In this document: positions 9,233-17,684 of the stretch, piece after piece
Layout of the letters: each line of letters opens with the position of its first letter
Position numbering within the stretch: the first letter of the stretch is position 1
Assembly (NCBI RefSeq): GCF_004365815.1
Contig: NZ_SODD01000014.1
Span: 13,737 to 45,736, forward strand
Origin: Breznakia blatticola
GTDB taxonomy: Bacteria; Bacillota_I; Bacilli_A; Erysipelotrichales; Erysipelotrichaceae
Direction: 5' to 3'
DNA length: 32,000 nt
Position numbers and translations under genes: made by a program
Notes under the pieces: generated by a model
Seen by the model: the letters and a program-made list of their open reading frames with translations, nothing else
The model's database searches: none
Told to the model about the DNA's origin: nothing

Positions 9233-12200
9233 CTATAATTTGCCACATTGGGCAATAAATTCAATGATTAACTCTAAATAGTTTTTGACTTTTGGTAGTT
9301 TTGCTACAATCTTTTTATTTACATATGCAATGCGTATTTCTTTGGAGATGGTCGTTGCTAGTTGGAAAAGTTTAACCCCATCTACACTACTACTCCATTT
9401 TTCAGTGAAATTGACTTCGACATCGCGATCTTTTTCTCTAAAACTTTCTACGTGTTTCTCATTCACCAATAAATCCAAACGCTTTTTCTCAAATAACATA
9501 CCGACTTGTTTTGGTAGTTTTCCATATAAGTCTGACGTATCTTTATATAAACGATTTAATTTACCTAATGTTGATACTCCATCAATTTGTTGGTAAAGAG
9601 ATAGTTTTTCATAATCTTCCTCTTCGAACTTTTCAGGAAAATAGGCATCCACTTTTACATTGGTACGAATGATTTCCTTTTCTGGTTCGATTTTGATTCC
9701 TTTACTTTCCTTGATGGCATCATTTAGCATTTCTAGATACATATCGATACCTACAGTATCAATAAATCCTGCTTGTTTTGGACCAAGCATTTCTCCTGCA
9801 CCACGAATGGTTAAATCACGTAATGCAATTTGATAACCCGAACCAAGCTTTGCAAAATCTTTCATCGATTGCAAACGTTTGGTCGCAATTTCACTAAGTT
9901 GTTTATTTGGTGCATATAGTAAGTACGCATATGCTAAACGACTACTTCGTCCGACTCTACCTTTGATTTGATACAACTGACTTAACCCAAAGGTGTCTGC
10001 ATTTTCAACCAAAATTGTATTTGCATTTGGAATATCGATTCCCGTTTCAATGATTGTTGTACAAATTAGGACATCGTATTCCTTGTTGGTAAATTGTAGC
10101 ATTACATCTTCTAAGTCTTCTTTTGACATTTGCCCATGAGCAACACCAAAGCGAACACCTTTCATGTCTTTTGCTAGTTTACTAGCTACACTATAAATAT
10201 TTTTTACTTTATTGTAGACATAGAATACTTGTCCATTGCGTGAAAGTTCACGTTCAATGACTTCTTTAATCAAACTATAATCTTTTTCGATTACATAGGT
10301 TTGTACACTTAAGCGATTGACTGGTGGTGTATTTAGTTGTGATAGAGAACGAATTCCAACAAGTGACATCTGTAACGTTCTTGGAATTGGCGTTGCCGAT
10401 AAACTTAATACATCAATCGTATTTTTTAATTCTTTAATCTTTTCTTTGTGTTCTACCCCAAAGCGTTGTTCCTCATCAATGATTAATAATCCCAAGTCTT
10501 TAAACTTAATATCTTTGGATAGTAAACGATGGGTTCCAATAAGTAAATCGATTTTCCCTTCTGCTAAGTCTTTTTTGATTTGTGTCATTTCCTTTGTTGA
10601 AACAAAGCGATTTACAACTTTGATTGTAACTGGAAAATTACGCATTCTAGCAACTGCTGTTTTTACATGTTGCAAAGAAAGAATCGTCGTTGGACAAAGA
10701 AATGCAACTTGCTTATTATCGGTAATTGCTTTAAAAGCTGCTCGTAAAGCAACTTCGGTTTTTCCAAAACCAACATCCCCACAAAGCAAGCGGTCCATTG
10801 GCACTTCACTTTCCATATCTTTTTTGATTTCCTCTGTAGCCGTTTTTTGATCTACAGTTAGTGAATAATCAAAATCATCTTCAAATGATTTTTGAAGTTC
10901 ACTATCTGGTGCATAGGCATGACCAATATGCTTTTCACGCAACGAATATAATTTCACAAGACGTTCAGCAAGTTCTTTTACATTCGCACTTACTTTTTCT
11001 TTTGTTTTTTCCCAATCTTTCGTTCCTAGCTTATTCAGTTTAGGACTTGCTCCTTCTTTAGACACAAACTTACGAACTAAACGAAATTGTTCCAGCGGAA
11101 CAAATAGTATATCATTCCCTTTATAGACAACCTTTAAGTAATCTTTATGAATACCATCTTTTTCTTTCGTGACAATTCCTAAGTATTGTCCGACTCCGTA
11201 AAGTTTATGTACAACAAAGTCACCTGGTTGTAAGTCTTGGTAATGTTGTAAGACTTCAGCATCTTTAAACTTATTTTGATAACGTGCTTTATAGTGTACG
11301 GTATCAAATAGTTCTTGTGATGTATAAACCGCAATCTTTTCATTTGTTGCAACAAAGCCACTAATTAATGGAAGTGAAGCAAATAAGGATTCTAATGACT
11401 TGTCAATTTGTAAGAGAAGTTCTTTTTCCATTTCACTTACACTTACATACACTTCATAGTCTTGACTATATGTGCGTATTTCTTCTACTTTTCTTTCGAG
11501 TGGAATATCTAATGTTTGTAGTTCACTAATATTAGAAAATATTGGTTGTTTTACACTGACAAAGCGATGAATTTTCATATCTTTTCTAGTGAATGTATAA
11601 AATTCGTAAGCTATCGTATAAATTGGCAACATTTCACCAATTTCACTCATCTCTTGAATATAACCGATATTTTCACCAAATATCTTTTTATGATATTCTT
11701 CACAGTCCTCATAACTACTTAAGATACGATATCCAAAGTTTCCATAATCTTGGATACTGTAGTTTTCTTCCAACAGTGAATATAATGCACGATCTGCTGG
11801 TTGAAATGCTTTCTTTCCAATTCGTTCTTTAATGTCTTCAAGCAATTCATCATCAGCAAACTTTGTAGATAGTTGATTGATTATTCGTGTTTCTTCAGCT
11901 TGCGAGAATAGTATGTCGCTTGCACAAATAATCGTCGCTTCTTGAATCTGTTTTACTGTTTTCTTTGTGGATATATCAAAGAAGCGAATACTATCAATGA
12001 CATTATCAAAGAACTCAATTCGTATAGGTAAATCATAATTCATCGAGAATACATCAATAATTCCCCCACGGGTTGCATATGTTAGTGGTTGATCTACATA
12101 ACCAACCTTTTCATAACCTGCTTCAAATAGGGTTTGTTTTAAACTGTCATAACCAATTTCTTGATCAATTTTTAATTCGATAATATGCTCTGCAAACACC

Positions 12201-12577
12201 TTTGGATTTGGCAAAAACTTAGTATAAGCTCCTACATGTGTAATGATTACTAAGTCATCTTCATGTAATAAGCGATATAAGATTTCTACTTTATTAGCTA
12301 CTACCTCATTGTTTTGACTTAAGGCTTCAATTCGCATACTTTCTTCTACGCTAAAAAGCAGCACTTTATCTTTTAAGAGGGGGGATAACCGCTCGTAAAG
12401 TTTCTGTGCTGTATATAAATTATGTTTCACAATAAGCATGCTTTCTTTTTGCTTTTGGTAAGTTGAAGCAATCATTAAACTCTCTTCAACTTCGCTTAGA
12501 TTTCCAAGTTGATTACTCTTGGCTGCAAAAGCTTTGAAGGCATCATTGTGCGATAAAACTTTTAGTAAGTTATTCAT
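9233..12577 (-). CDS. mfd: Transcription-repair coupling factor Mfd
   Basis: 1114 aa. Walker A GDVGFGKTEVALRAAF, DEEQRFGV box, superfamily-2 helicase C-terminal motifs (QLYQIKGRVGRS). pth-mfd synteny. Confidence 0.95.
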   Translation of the reverse strand: MNNLLKVLSHNDAFKAFAAKSNQLGNLSEVEESLMIASTYQKQKESMLIVKHNLYTAQKLYERLSPLLKDKVLLFSVEESMRIEALSQNNEVVANKVEILYRLLHEDDLVIITHVGAYTKFLPNPKVFAEHIIELKIDQEIGYDSLKQTLFEAGYEKVGYVDQPLTYATRGGIIDVFSMNYDLPIRIEFFDNVIDSIRFFDISTKKTVKQIQEATIICASDILFSQAEETRIINQLSTKFADDELLEDIKERIGKKAFQPADRALYSLLEENYSIQDYGNFGYRILSSYEDCEEYHKKIFGENIGYIQEMSEIGEMLPIYTIAYEFYTFTRKDMKIHRFVSVKQPIFSNISELQTLDIPLERKVEEIRTYSQDYEVYVSVSEMEKELLLQIDKSLESLFASLPLISGFVATNEKIAVYTSQELFDTVHYKARYQNKFKDAEVLQHYQDLQPGDFVVHKLYGVGQYLGIVTKEKDGIHKDYLKVVYKGNDILFVPLEQFRLVRKFVSKEGASPKLNKLGTKDWEKTKEKVSANVKELAERLVKLYSLREKHIGHAYAPDSELQKSFEDDFDYSLTVDQKTATEEIKKDMESEVPMDRLLCGDVGFGKTEVALRAAFKAITDNKQVAFLCPTTILSLQHVKTAVARMRNFPVTIKVVNRFVSTKEMTQIKKDLAEGKIDLLIGTHRLLSKDIKFKDLGLLIIDEEQRFGVEHKEKIKELKNTIDVLSLSATPIPRTLQMSLVGIRSLSQLNTPPVNRLSVQTYVIEKDYSLIKEVIERELSRNGQVFYVYNKVKNIYSVASKLAKDMKGVRFGVAHGQMSKEDLEDVMLQFTNKEYDVLICTTIIETGIDIPNANTILVENADTFGLSQLYQIKGRVGRSSRLAYAYLLYAPNKQLSEIATKRLQSMKDFAKLGSGYQIALRDLTIRGAGEMLGPKQAGFIDTVGIDMYLEMLNDAIKESKGIKIEPEKEIIRTNVKVDAYFPEKFEEEDYEKLSLYQQIDGVSTLGKLNRLYKDTSDLYGKLPKQVGMLFEKKRLDLLVNEKHVESFREKDRDVEVNFTEKWSSSVDGVKLFQLATTISKEIRIAYVNKKIVAKLPKVKNYLELIIEFIAQCGKL

Positions 12578-12584
12578 TCACACC

Positions 12585-13145
12585 TCACTTCTTGTTGTAG
12601 GTTTCCATGACTTGATTGAAACTTTTATTACAGGCTTCAATTGCAGCATCTGCTGCATTTGATACAGCTTGTTGGAAATCACTTTGATCTTCCTTTGCGA
12701 CTTTACCAAGTACATAGTCTACCGTAGGGATACGTGGATCACGTCCAATCCCTACACGAATACGGCGAAGTTCATCAGTACCTAAATGACGTATGATGCT
12801 TTTTACACCATTTTGTCCTCCTGCACTTCCTTTTTCTCGTAATCGTAATTTTCCTACTGGCATATCTAAATCATCATAGATTAGCAATATCTCTTCATCA
12901 GGAATATCAAAGTAATCTGCAATAGCAATAACACTTTCTCCTGAATTATTCATAAACGTCATCGGTTTTAGTAAATATACTTTCTCCCCTTTTACAAAGG
13001 TTTGGGTATACAATCCTTTAAACTTTTCTTGGTTTATCTCAACACCGAGTTTTCTAGCAATTTCATCCATTACCATAAACCCTGCATTGTGTCTTGTTTT
13101 TTCATATTGTTTTCCTGGGTTTCCAAGTCCAACTATTAATTTCAT
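12585..13145 (-). CDS. pth: Peptidyl-tRNA hydrolase
   Basis: 186 aa. MKLIVGLGNPGKQYEKTRHNAGF and GGQNGVKSI motifs. Confidence 0.95.
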   Translation of the reverse strand: MKLIVGLGNPGKQYEKTRHNAGFMVMDEIARKLGVEINQEKFKGLYTQTFVKGEKVYLLKPMTFMNNSGESVIAIADYFDIPDEEILLIYDDLDMPVGKLRLREKGSAGGQNGVKSIIRHLGTDELRRIRVGIGRDPRIPTVDYVLGKVAKEDQSDFQQAVSNAADAAIEACNKSFNQVMETYNKK

Positions 13146-13402
13146 TCTTCTTTTAACCCCTTTCTACGAACCCGCGCAATTTCATCTTGAATGGCACGAT
13201 ATTGTACACATACAATTTCATTGATTTCATCTACGCTCAAGTTCTTGTTTGCCACAATCGACACTGACAAATCACTTTGCACAATCACTGAAATTTGTCC
13301 ATCTTTTAAGCGAATGGAACGAATTAGATCATATACAAGTTCTTCTTTTTCTGGTTTCCCAGTATAGCGTGATGTAATTATTGCGCGTTCTTTACTTGCC
13401 AT
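13142..13402 (-). CDS. Small hypothetical protein, translationally coupled to pth
   Basis: 86 aa from the ATG at 13402 (GGAGG about 11 nt upstream): MASKERAIITSRYTGKPEKEELVYDLIRSIRLKDGQISV... Its stop overlaps the pth ATG (ATGA). The track start at 13444 has no RBS. No family recognised. Confidence 0.55.
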   Translation of the reverse strand: MASKERAIITSRYTGKPEKEELVYDLIRSIRLKDGQISVIVQSDLSVSIVANKNLSVDEINEIVCVQYRAIQDEIARVRRKGLKEE

Positions 13403-13429
13403 CTTTATCCGTCCCTCCGTTATGTATCT

Positions 13430-13458
13430 ATTGTACAACACCACTTCAACTACTTCAA
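13430..13458 (-). promoter_or_regulatory. Sigma-A type promoter for the small-ORF/pth/mfd operon
   Basis: Minus strand TTGAAG (13453-13458), 17 nt spacer, TACAAT (13430-13435). Confidence 0.5.
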
Positions 13459-13545
13459 TTTAGAAAACCAAGTTTCCTAAAGTCGTTTTATTAGTATATC
13501 AATTTCTACATAAAATACTAGAGCAAAATCAAAATTCACAAGTTA

Positions 13546-14181
13546 CTAACTTATTACATTTTCTAGATATTCATCCAATGCTTGATAAAACTGAGCAATA
13601 TGCAATCCATCAACAAGTGCATGATTACATAGTACTGTAACTGGTATTTCCACTTTACCATTTTGAGATGTATATTTCCCCCATGTAATCCGAGGATTGC
13701 TATCAGCAGGAGATGGCGTTGGATTACTTAATGCAATATAAGAAAGCCAAGGAAGACTTGAGATGAACAGTAATTCGTTTGCATCTTCTTCATCATCACT
13801 TGTACTTCTTGCTTCTCTAGCATCTTCTTGCGCCTTTATAGCATAAGGAAGATACTTTTTAAAAGGCATATTTGTTGATAATGTGCAGTAACAATACGTT
13901 CCATCCTCTAATACAACTGTATGCGATGTTTTGCAATCCGCATATTCAGCAATTCCATCATTCATTATACGTTGACGAAATTCAGGCACACTGTTTGCAG
14001 CTCTAGCCACACAATAATTAAACGTTAAAAAGAAGGGTAACTTCTTTTCTTTTACCACCTGTATAAACTTTGTAATATCTACTTGTACAGTCAATCCTAC
14101 ATATGGATTTGCCAAACTTTTGAAATATGTAAAATGATCTTTTCTTTTATATACATTCATATCTACTACTTTATAATTCAT
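13546..14181 (-). CDS. CatA-like O-acetyltransferase (chloramphenicol acetyltransferase family)
   Basis: 211 aa. N-terminal YKRKDHFTYFKS and C-terminal PVTVLCNHALVDGLHIAQFYQAL align with the CAT (V)HHAVCDGFH catalytic region. The catalytic His is retained; the preceding His is Asn. GAGGA RBS. Confidence 0.8.
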   Translation of the reverse strand: MNYKVVDMNVYKRKDHFTYFKSLANPYVGLTVQVDITKFIQVVKEKKLPFFLTFNYCVARAANSVPEFRQRIMNDGIAEYADCKTSHTVVLEDGTYCYCTLSTNMPFKKYLPYAIKAQEDAREARSTSDDEEDANELLFISSLPWLSYIALSNPTPSPADSNPRITWGKYTSQNGKVEIPVTVLCNHALVDGLHIAQFYQALDEYLENVIS

Positions 14182-14234
14182 GTCTTTATCCTCACAGTAT
14201 CCTTATTGTACAATGCAACAGCTTATTATCAAAC

Positions 14235-14286
14235 CTATATTTCCTGGGAAATATAGAAAAACTAAACCACTAGTCTTATGACTAGG
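14235..14286 (-). terminator. Tandem hairpins downstream of the 214-aa membrane protein gene (possible terminator)
   Basis: Minus strand CCTAGTC-ataa-GACTAG (14270-14286) is followed by TTTAGTTTTTC. Next comes a perfect 9 bp hairpin CTATATTTC-ccag-GAAATATAG (14235-14256). Confidence 0.4.
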
Positions 14287-14344
14287 CTATATTGAAATAT
14301 TCATATTTTTCATTTTTCTACTTGATCAAAACTACACCAACTAA

Positions 14345-14989
14345 CTACTTTATAACTTTTTTCCTTTCAATGAAACACTTAAGCAAGAAAATCCAAAACA
14401 ATGTCGCAACGAAAGCAGCAAGTATACCCCAAAACATCGTATTTATGGACTTATCCATTATAAATGATAGCTCATTCAATAATGAATATTCTAATTGTGA
14501 GTAGATGGTTATATCTAGCGGACAGTTCTTACCATATGTTAGTTTTTCGGCAACAAACACAAAAAGTACAATGATATAATACAATCCAACCAAATCAAAC
14601 GTTTCTTTTTCATAATATACCTTATACTCCTCTTCCGAGGACAATTTCAACTTTTGTATTTTACTTATATCATTTTTCTTAGTTTGAAAATTAATGTCTC
14701 TATATCTACCAAATAACCCCCCAATTATTGTGAAAAAGATCAAAGAATAAAGTTCCGCATTTCTCCCAAACAAATCCAACAGATTTATAATAATCCAAAT
14801 CAATAGACACGTAGTAGAAATCAAAATATCTCTCTTCGTAATTTTAGCGATGTATCTTAAAGCAATATAAACAACTAGTACAAAAATTACTAAAACAAGC
14901 ATTTTGATTATAAGATCCATAATCAATAATACATGTTCGCATATCTTTACACTTGCAAAAATCTGTTCTAACCCCTTCAGCACAAGCAT
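14345..14989 (-). CDS. Hypothetical polytopic membrane protein
   Basis: 214 aa ORF with about 5 hydrophobic helices and a central charged loop (KKNDISKIQKLKLSSEEEYKVYYEKE). No recognisable RBS at either candidate start (14989 or 14920). No family recognised. Confidence 0.5.
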   Translation of the reverse strand: MLVLKGLEQIFASVKICEHVLLIMDLIIKMLVLVIFVLVVYIALRYIAKITKRDILISTTCLLIWIIINLLDLFGRNAELYSLIFFTIIGGLFGRYRDINFQTKKNDISKIQKLKLSSEEEYKVYYEKETFDLVGLYYIIVLFVFVAEKLTYGKNCPLDITIYSQLEYSLLNELSFIMDKSINTMFWGILAAFVATLFWIFLLKCFIERKKVIK

Positions 14990-14997
14990 TAGAATAA

Positions 14998-15084
14998 TTA
15001 AAATACTAGTTTTATTATTTCGCTTTTAAATTTTTCATCATTTTTTATTGTATCCTGAATTTCATTAATCAATTGTTTTATCAT
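14998..15084 (-). CDS. Candidate 28-aa peptide upstream of the membrane protein gene
   Basis: GAGGTGAAAAG-ATG (rc 15082-15084) to TAA (rc 14998-15000) gives MIKQLINEIQDTIKNDEKFKSEIIKLVF. Strong SD at good spacing. The stop lies 8 nt before the next ATG. Confidence 0.3.
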   Translation of the reverse strand: MIKQLINEIQDTIKNDEKFKSEIIKLVF

Positions 15085-15216
15085 CTTTTCACCTCATCTA
15101 TATACTTATAATACAACGTTACAAATCCTTCTTTTTAACAATTTTTCTCCAATATATGAATACGGAGATATTTCAAATGAGTATGGAATACTCACCTTTC
15201 ATAATTCCTTACATGA

Positions 15217-15246
15217 AAAGAAACACAGTTTTACCCATGTTTCTTT
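15217..15246 (-). terminator. Weak hairpin at the end of the SipW/TasA-like operon
   Basis: AAAGAAACA (15217-15225) pairs with TGTTTCTTT (15238-15246): perfect 9 bp, AT-rich, overlapping the TAA stop. Only a short T-run follows on the minus strand. Confidence 0.3.
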
Positions 15247-16189
15247 AGTCTACTTGTTGTATTGATAATTTAAAATCGAAATTCACAAATAAGTGATAAT
15301 CATTATTTGCATAGTTTCCATCTTGTGTAGCTGCCTTTGGTTTTACAAACCCTTTTGTTGCATCATGCATAACATAGACAGACGTATTATTTGTCTCATA
15401 CTCTTGCATCAGTTGTTGTAAGATTCGATCTTTCTTACATGCATCACACAACGTAGCACTTCCATCTTGTACATCAATTGTATTTAGATTTGTACCATCT
15501 ATACAGTTATCCCACTTCCATGTAAGCGTTTGGTTTTTAAGTCCGTATAGTTTTCCTAAATCTTCACCAGGTGTAAATGTAGTATCAATAAGTGCTTTAT
15601 CCATACGCTCTTTGATTGTGCCTAATGAATTTTGTGTACTTAGTGCACTGTCAAATGTTTGAATACCTTCCCCTTTTAAAGTAAAGATAACTGGCCAATA
15701 TCCATTAGTCTCTGTGACTTGTACTGCATTTTCTAACATATAGTATGTTTTTGCACTATCATATGGACCTTCATCTAAGGTACATGCATCGTTTTCACAA
15801 ACATAGTAGGTTTGTGGTACATATGTGTATTGCATAAAATCTACAGGTTTCATCATTGCCCAAAACCCATTTCCTAAGAATATATTTTGTTGGTTCAATT
15901 CATATGTCAATTCACCATCTACTTCTGGTTTTCCATCAATTGATATATGAAGTCCATCATCATTACTTTCTCCTGGTAAGACAATATTTCTACCAAGCGT
16001 GTCTTTTGTTGTAAATAATTTACCTTCAGCTGTAGCTACAGTTCCCCATAATGCAACACGCGCAGAGTTTTGATTTTCTTCTTGTGTCACATACCGACCA
16101 AGTACCCCACTTGTTATGGGTAATACAATTAATGAGGCAAGTAGTATAATTGCCACTAGTTTTTTTGCATGTTTATGTATCCAATTCAC
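15245..16189 (-). CDS. TasA/camelysin-like secreted protein with SipW-dependent-type signal peptide (paralog B, 314 aa)
   Basis: GTG start at 16189 with AGAGGT RBS 5 nt upstream, overlapping the sipW-1 stop by 17 nt. N-terminus KKLVAIILLASLIVLPITSGVLG-RYVTQEENQNSARVALWG. Shares ordered motifs with the 361-aa protein: VLPGESND, GKPEVDG, YWPVIFTL, LTWKWD and a C-terminal FDFKLSIQQVD. Confidence 0.7.
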   Translation of the reverse strand: MNWIHKHAKKLVAIILLASLIVLPITSGVLGRYVTQEENQNSARVALWGTVATAEGKLFTTKDTLGRNIVLPGESNDDGLHISIDGKPEVDGELTYELNQQNIFLGNGFWAMMKPVDFMQYTYVPQTYYVCENDACTLDEGPYDSAKTYYMLENAVQVTETNGYWPVIFTLKGEGIQTFDSALSTQNSLGTIKERMDKALIDTTFTPGEDLGKLYGLKNQTLTWKWDNCIDGTNLNTIDVQDGSATLCDACKKDRILQQLMQEYETNNTSVYVMHDATKGFVKPKAATQDGNYANNDYHLFVNFDFKLSIQQVD

Positions 16190-16766
16190 TGCTTACCTCT
16201 CTTTCCGCTTTCGCTTGCTTTAATCTTTCTATTTCTAAACGGACCGTTTCAAGATCCTCTTGTTTGATTTGCTTTTCTTTTGCATATGACATTTCTAATA
16301 ATAGAAATGCTAACAACAATACGCTTATGGTTCCAAGTGGATGTTTCATCACATTGATAATCGCTCCAACAAAAGGAATACTACAAATGACTTTCCCTTT
16401 GATGTTTTCCTTTGTGATTGGATCATCAACCATTCCATTTGCATCACCTTTGGTGTAAATATTATCTTCATCTATACTTACAACACGATGAACGATAAGT
16501 TCATACCCATCTTGATACACCACAATATCATCAATAGATACATTTGTTGTATCTTTCACGATAATAAGATCATCTTTTTCTAATGCAGGTTGCATACTTC
16601 CCGATAACACAACGGATGCACCATAACCAAATGGAGTTGGTAGTGCATTACCTACGATGGACTGTGCATTATATAAATACACAGTAAATCCAATATAGAT
16701 TCCAACAATGATAAGAATTGGTGTACGCAAAATGCGTGATTTTCTACTCTTCATCATGTTCTCCAT
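16173..16766 (-). CDS. sipW: Signal peptidase I, archaeal/ER type (SipW-like), copy 1
   Basis: 197 aa. N-terminal TM, catalytic Ser box VVLSGSMQP, His box LIVHRVV, TKGDAN motif, second TM, then a charged coiled-coil tail. The start could be 16766, 16757 or 16754 (GGAG precedes the ATGATG pair). Overlaps the 3' end of the upstream gene. Confidence 0.85.
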   Translation of the reverse strand: MENMMKSRKSRILRTPILIIVGIYIGFTVYLYNAQSIVGNALPTPFGYGASVVLSGSMQPALEKDDLIIVKDTTNVSIDDIVVYQDGYELIVHRVVSIDEDNIYTKGDANGMVDDPITKENIKGKVICSIPFVGAIINVMKHPLGTISVLLLAFLLLEMSYAKEKQIKQEDLETVRLEIERLKQAKAEREVSSELDT

Positions 16767-17628
16767 CTTTCTTCTTTTTCCAAATTATGCATGCTACAAG
16801 TACAACAGCAATTCCACCTAACATAAGATAATACATTACATTTGTTGTATCTCCGGTGTTTGGATTACGTAGTCCACCATCCGCAATTTGTGAATTTTCA
16901 TCACTCCATGCATAGGTACGAATCACGACAGTTACAGTTAAGTCTTCATCGACTGCACGATTGCCTAAATAGGTATCAAAGTCATCATCACCTTGTTCAA
17001 ATGGCCATTCCCAAAACAATGTGTAATACGCATAGTTTTTAGCATACAGACTAGCTTCATCACGAATAAAACTGCCCTTTGCTAGACGCTCCATTCCTTG
17101 ATCACTACCTAAAAGATAGTCACCAGTATAACTTTTCATCGCAATGTTTACAGGGAAATCAACATCACTTGGACTTGTTAGTACTTCACAGGTCATTTGA
17201 TATTTTACAGTAGTTGATCCATTATTTTTGATATGAAAGGTGTACTCATTTTCTGTTCCTGGAGCGATTACTTCTTCTCCATTTGAACTTACTACGCTTA
17301 CTTTTCCATCATCATTTGTATATGTAAGCTTAAAAATTTCAACATCTGTTTCTGTTGACCAAGTTTGTTTATTATCAAAGGTTTCAATCCCCTCTGTATT
17401 TTGTTGTGTTCCTACCCCATTGGCATTGTTTGTAATTGCAATAGATGAACTACCGCCTTCATCGTTTGTTTCATCAGATTCCACTGCAACTGATGGAAAC
17501 AATGAAATTGCTTCTTTTTCAATCTGTGATATGTAAATAAGATGATTTCCTATCACACTTACTGTAATTGCAACACAGATGAAAAGCACACATACCAATA
17601 GCCAAATCTTTCCTTTTCTATTTTGCAT
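16744..17628 (-). CDS. Diverged TasA-like paralog with C-terminal sorting-like anchor (294 aa)
   Basis: N-terminal TM (IWLLVCVLFICVAITVSVIG), acidic linker and TasA-like core motifs (VIAPGTENEYTFHIKNNGSTTVKY; YYTLFWEWPFEQGDDDFDTYLGN). C-terminus NPNTGDTT, then a TM (LMLGGIAVVLVACIIW), then KKKK. AAAGGAG RBS. Confidence 0.7.
   Translation of the reverse strand: MQNRKGKIWLLVCVLFICVAITVSVIGNHLIYISQIEKEAISLFPSVAVESDETNDEGGSSSIAITNNANGVGTQQNTEGIETFDNKQTWSTETDVEIFKLTYTNDDGKVSVVSSNGEEVIAPGTENEYTFHIKNNGSTTVKYQMTCEVLTSPSDVDFPVNIAMKSYTGDYLLGSDQGMERLAKGSFIRDEASLYAKNYAYYTLFWEWPFEQGDDDFDTYLGNRAVDEDLTVTVVIRTYAWSDENSQIADGGLRNPNTGDTTNVMYYLMLGGIAVVLVACIIWKKKKDGEHDEE
16747..16866 (-). other. C-terminal sorting-like signal of the 294-aa protein
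   Basis: NPNTGDTTNVMYY-LMLGGIAVVLVACIIW-KKKKDGEHDEE. Confidence 0.5.
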
Positions 17629-17684
17629 AGTTCTCCTTTTAAAGAAGCAACAAACAATCTGTCAATTGTTTGCTATTTCTTTAA

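Noticed and set aside
9226-9264. N-terminal extension of the S4-domain gene (track start 9264), and similarly 13403-13444 for the small ORF upstream of pth.
   Set aside because: The 9264 start lies inside the mfd coding region. For both genes the internal ATG (9225, 13402) is preceded by an AGGAG/GGAGG site and matches the expected family N-terminus (MRLDKYL for S4 proteins).
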